A stretch of DNA of 64,000 nt from Girardia tigrina (lineage: Eukaryota), in the NCBI GenBank assembly GCA_001938485.1, contig MQRK01232615.1, positions 1 to 64,000 of the forward strand, read 5' to 3'. Numbering within the stretch: position 1 is the stretch's first letter; each line of letters opens with the position of its first letter. This document shows, one piece after another, positions 63,831 to 64,000 of this stretch. Position numbers and translations under genes: made by a program. Below the pieces are notes generated by a model. The model was not told where the DNA came from. It was given only the letters and a program-made list of their open reading frames with translations, and did no database searches.

Positions 63831-64000
63831 CAGCCGATCATATTATCATAAGTACGGCCACGTGACAATCATTTTAACCGGTCGACGGGTTGACCGTTCG
63901 TTTGAATAATCAATCAAACAAGTAGTGCGAGAGAAAAGACGAAAATTAATGATAGATTCTTTATTTACATTCCAAAAATAATTTCATAAATATTTGGACA

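Overview
Very AT-rich eukaryotic genomic DNA with assembly gaps, most likely from a flatworm such as a planarian (inferred from the flatworm-type 28S rRNA fragment, base composition and TE repertoire). One probable host gene is present: a leucine-rich-repeat + Ig (+ probable TM) protein on the + strand, with exons at 13512-14452 and from 23943 and a 9.5-kb intron. The rest is mostly nested, decayed mobile DNA: three Ty3/Gypsy elements, RTE-clade LINEs, Penelope fragments, hAT, mariner/Tc1, MULE-like, Helitron and HINE elements. The most notable element is a full-length, TSD-flanked RTE LINE (47325-52272). Its 5' end is an HDV-like ribozyme fold and its protein ends in three C2H2 zinc fingers; two further divergent relatives occur in the window. 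Several displaced host sequences are also present: a WDR4/Trm82 pseudogene, an ANKRD27/VARP 5' fragment inserted in the LINE, and a 28S rRNA piece lying between a Gypsy PBS and a Gypsy gag-pol. All assignments come from manual translation and motif recognition; no searches were run.
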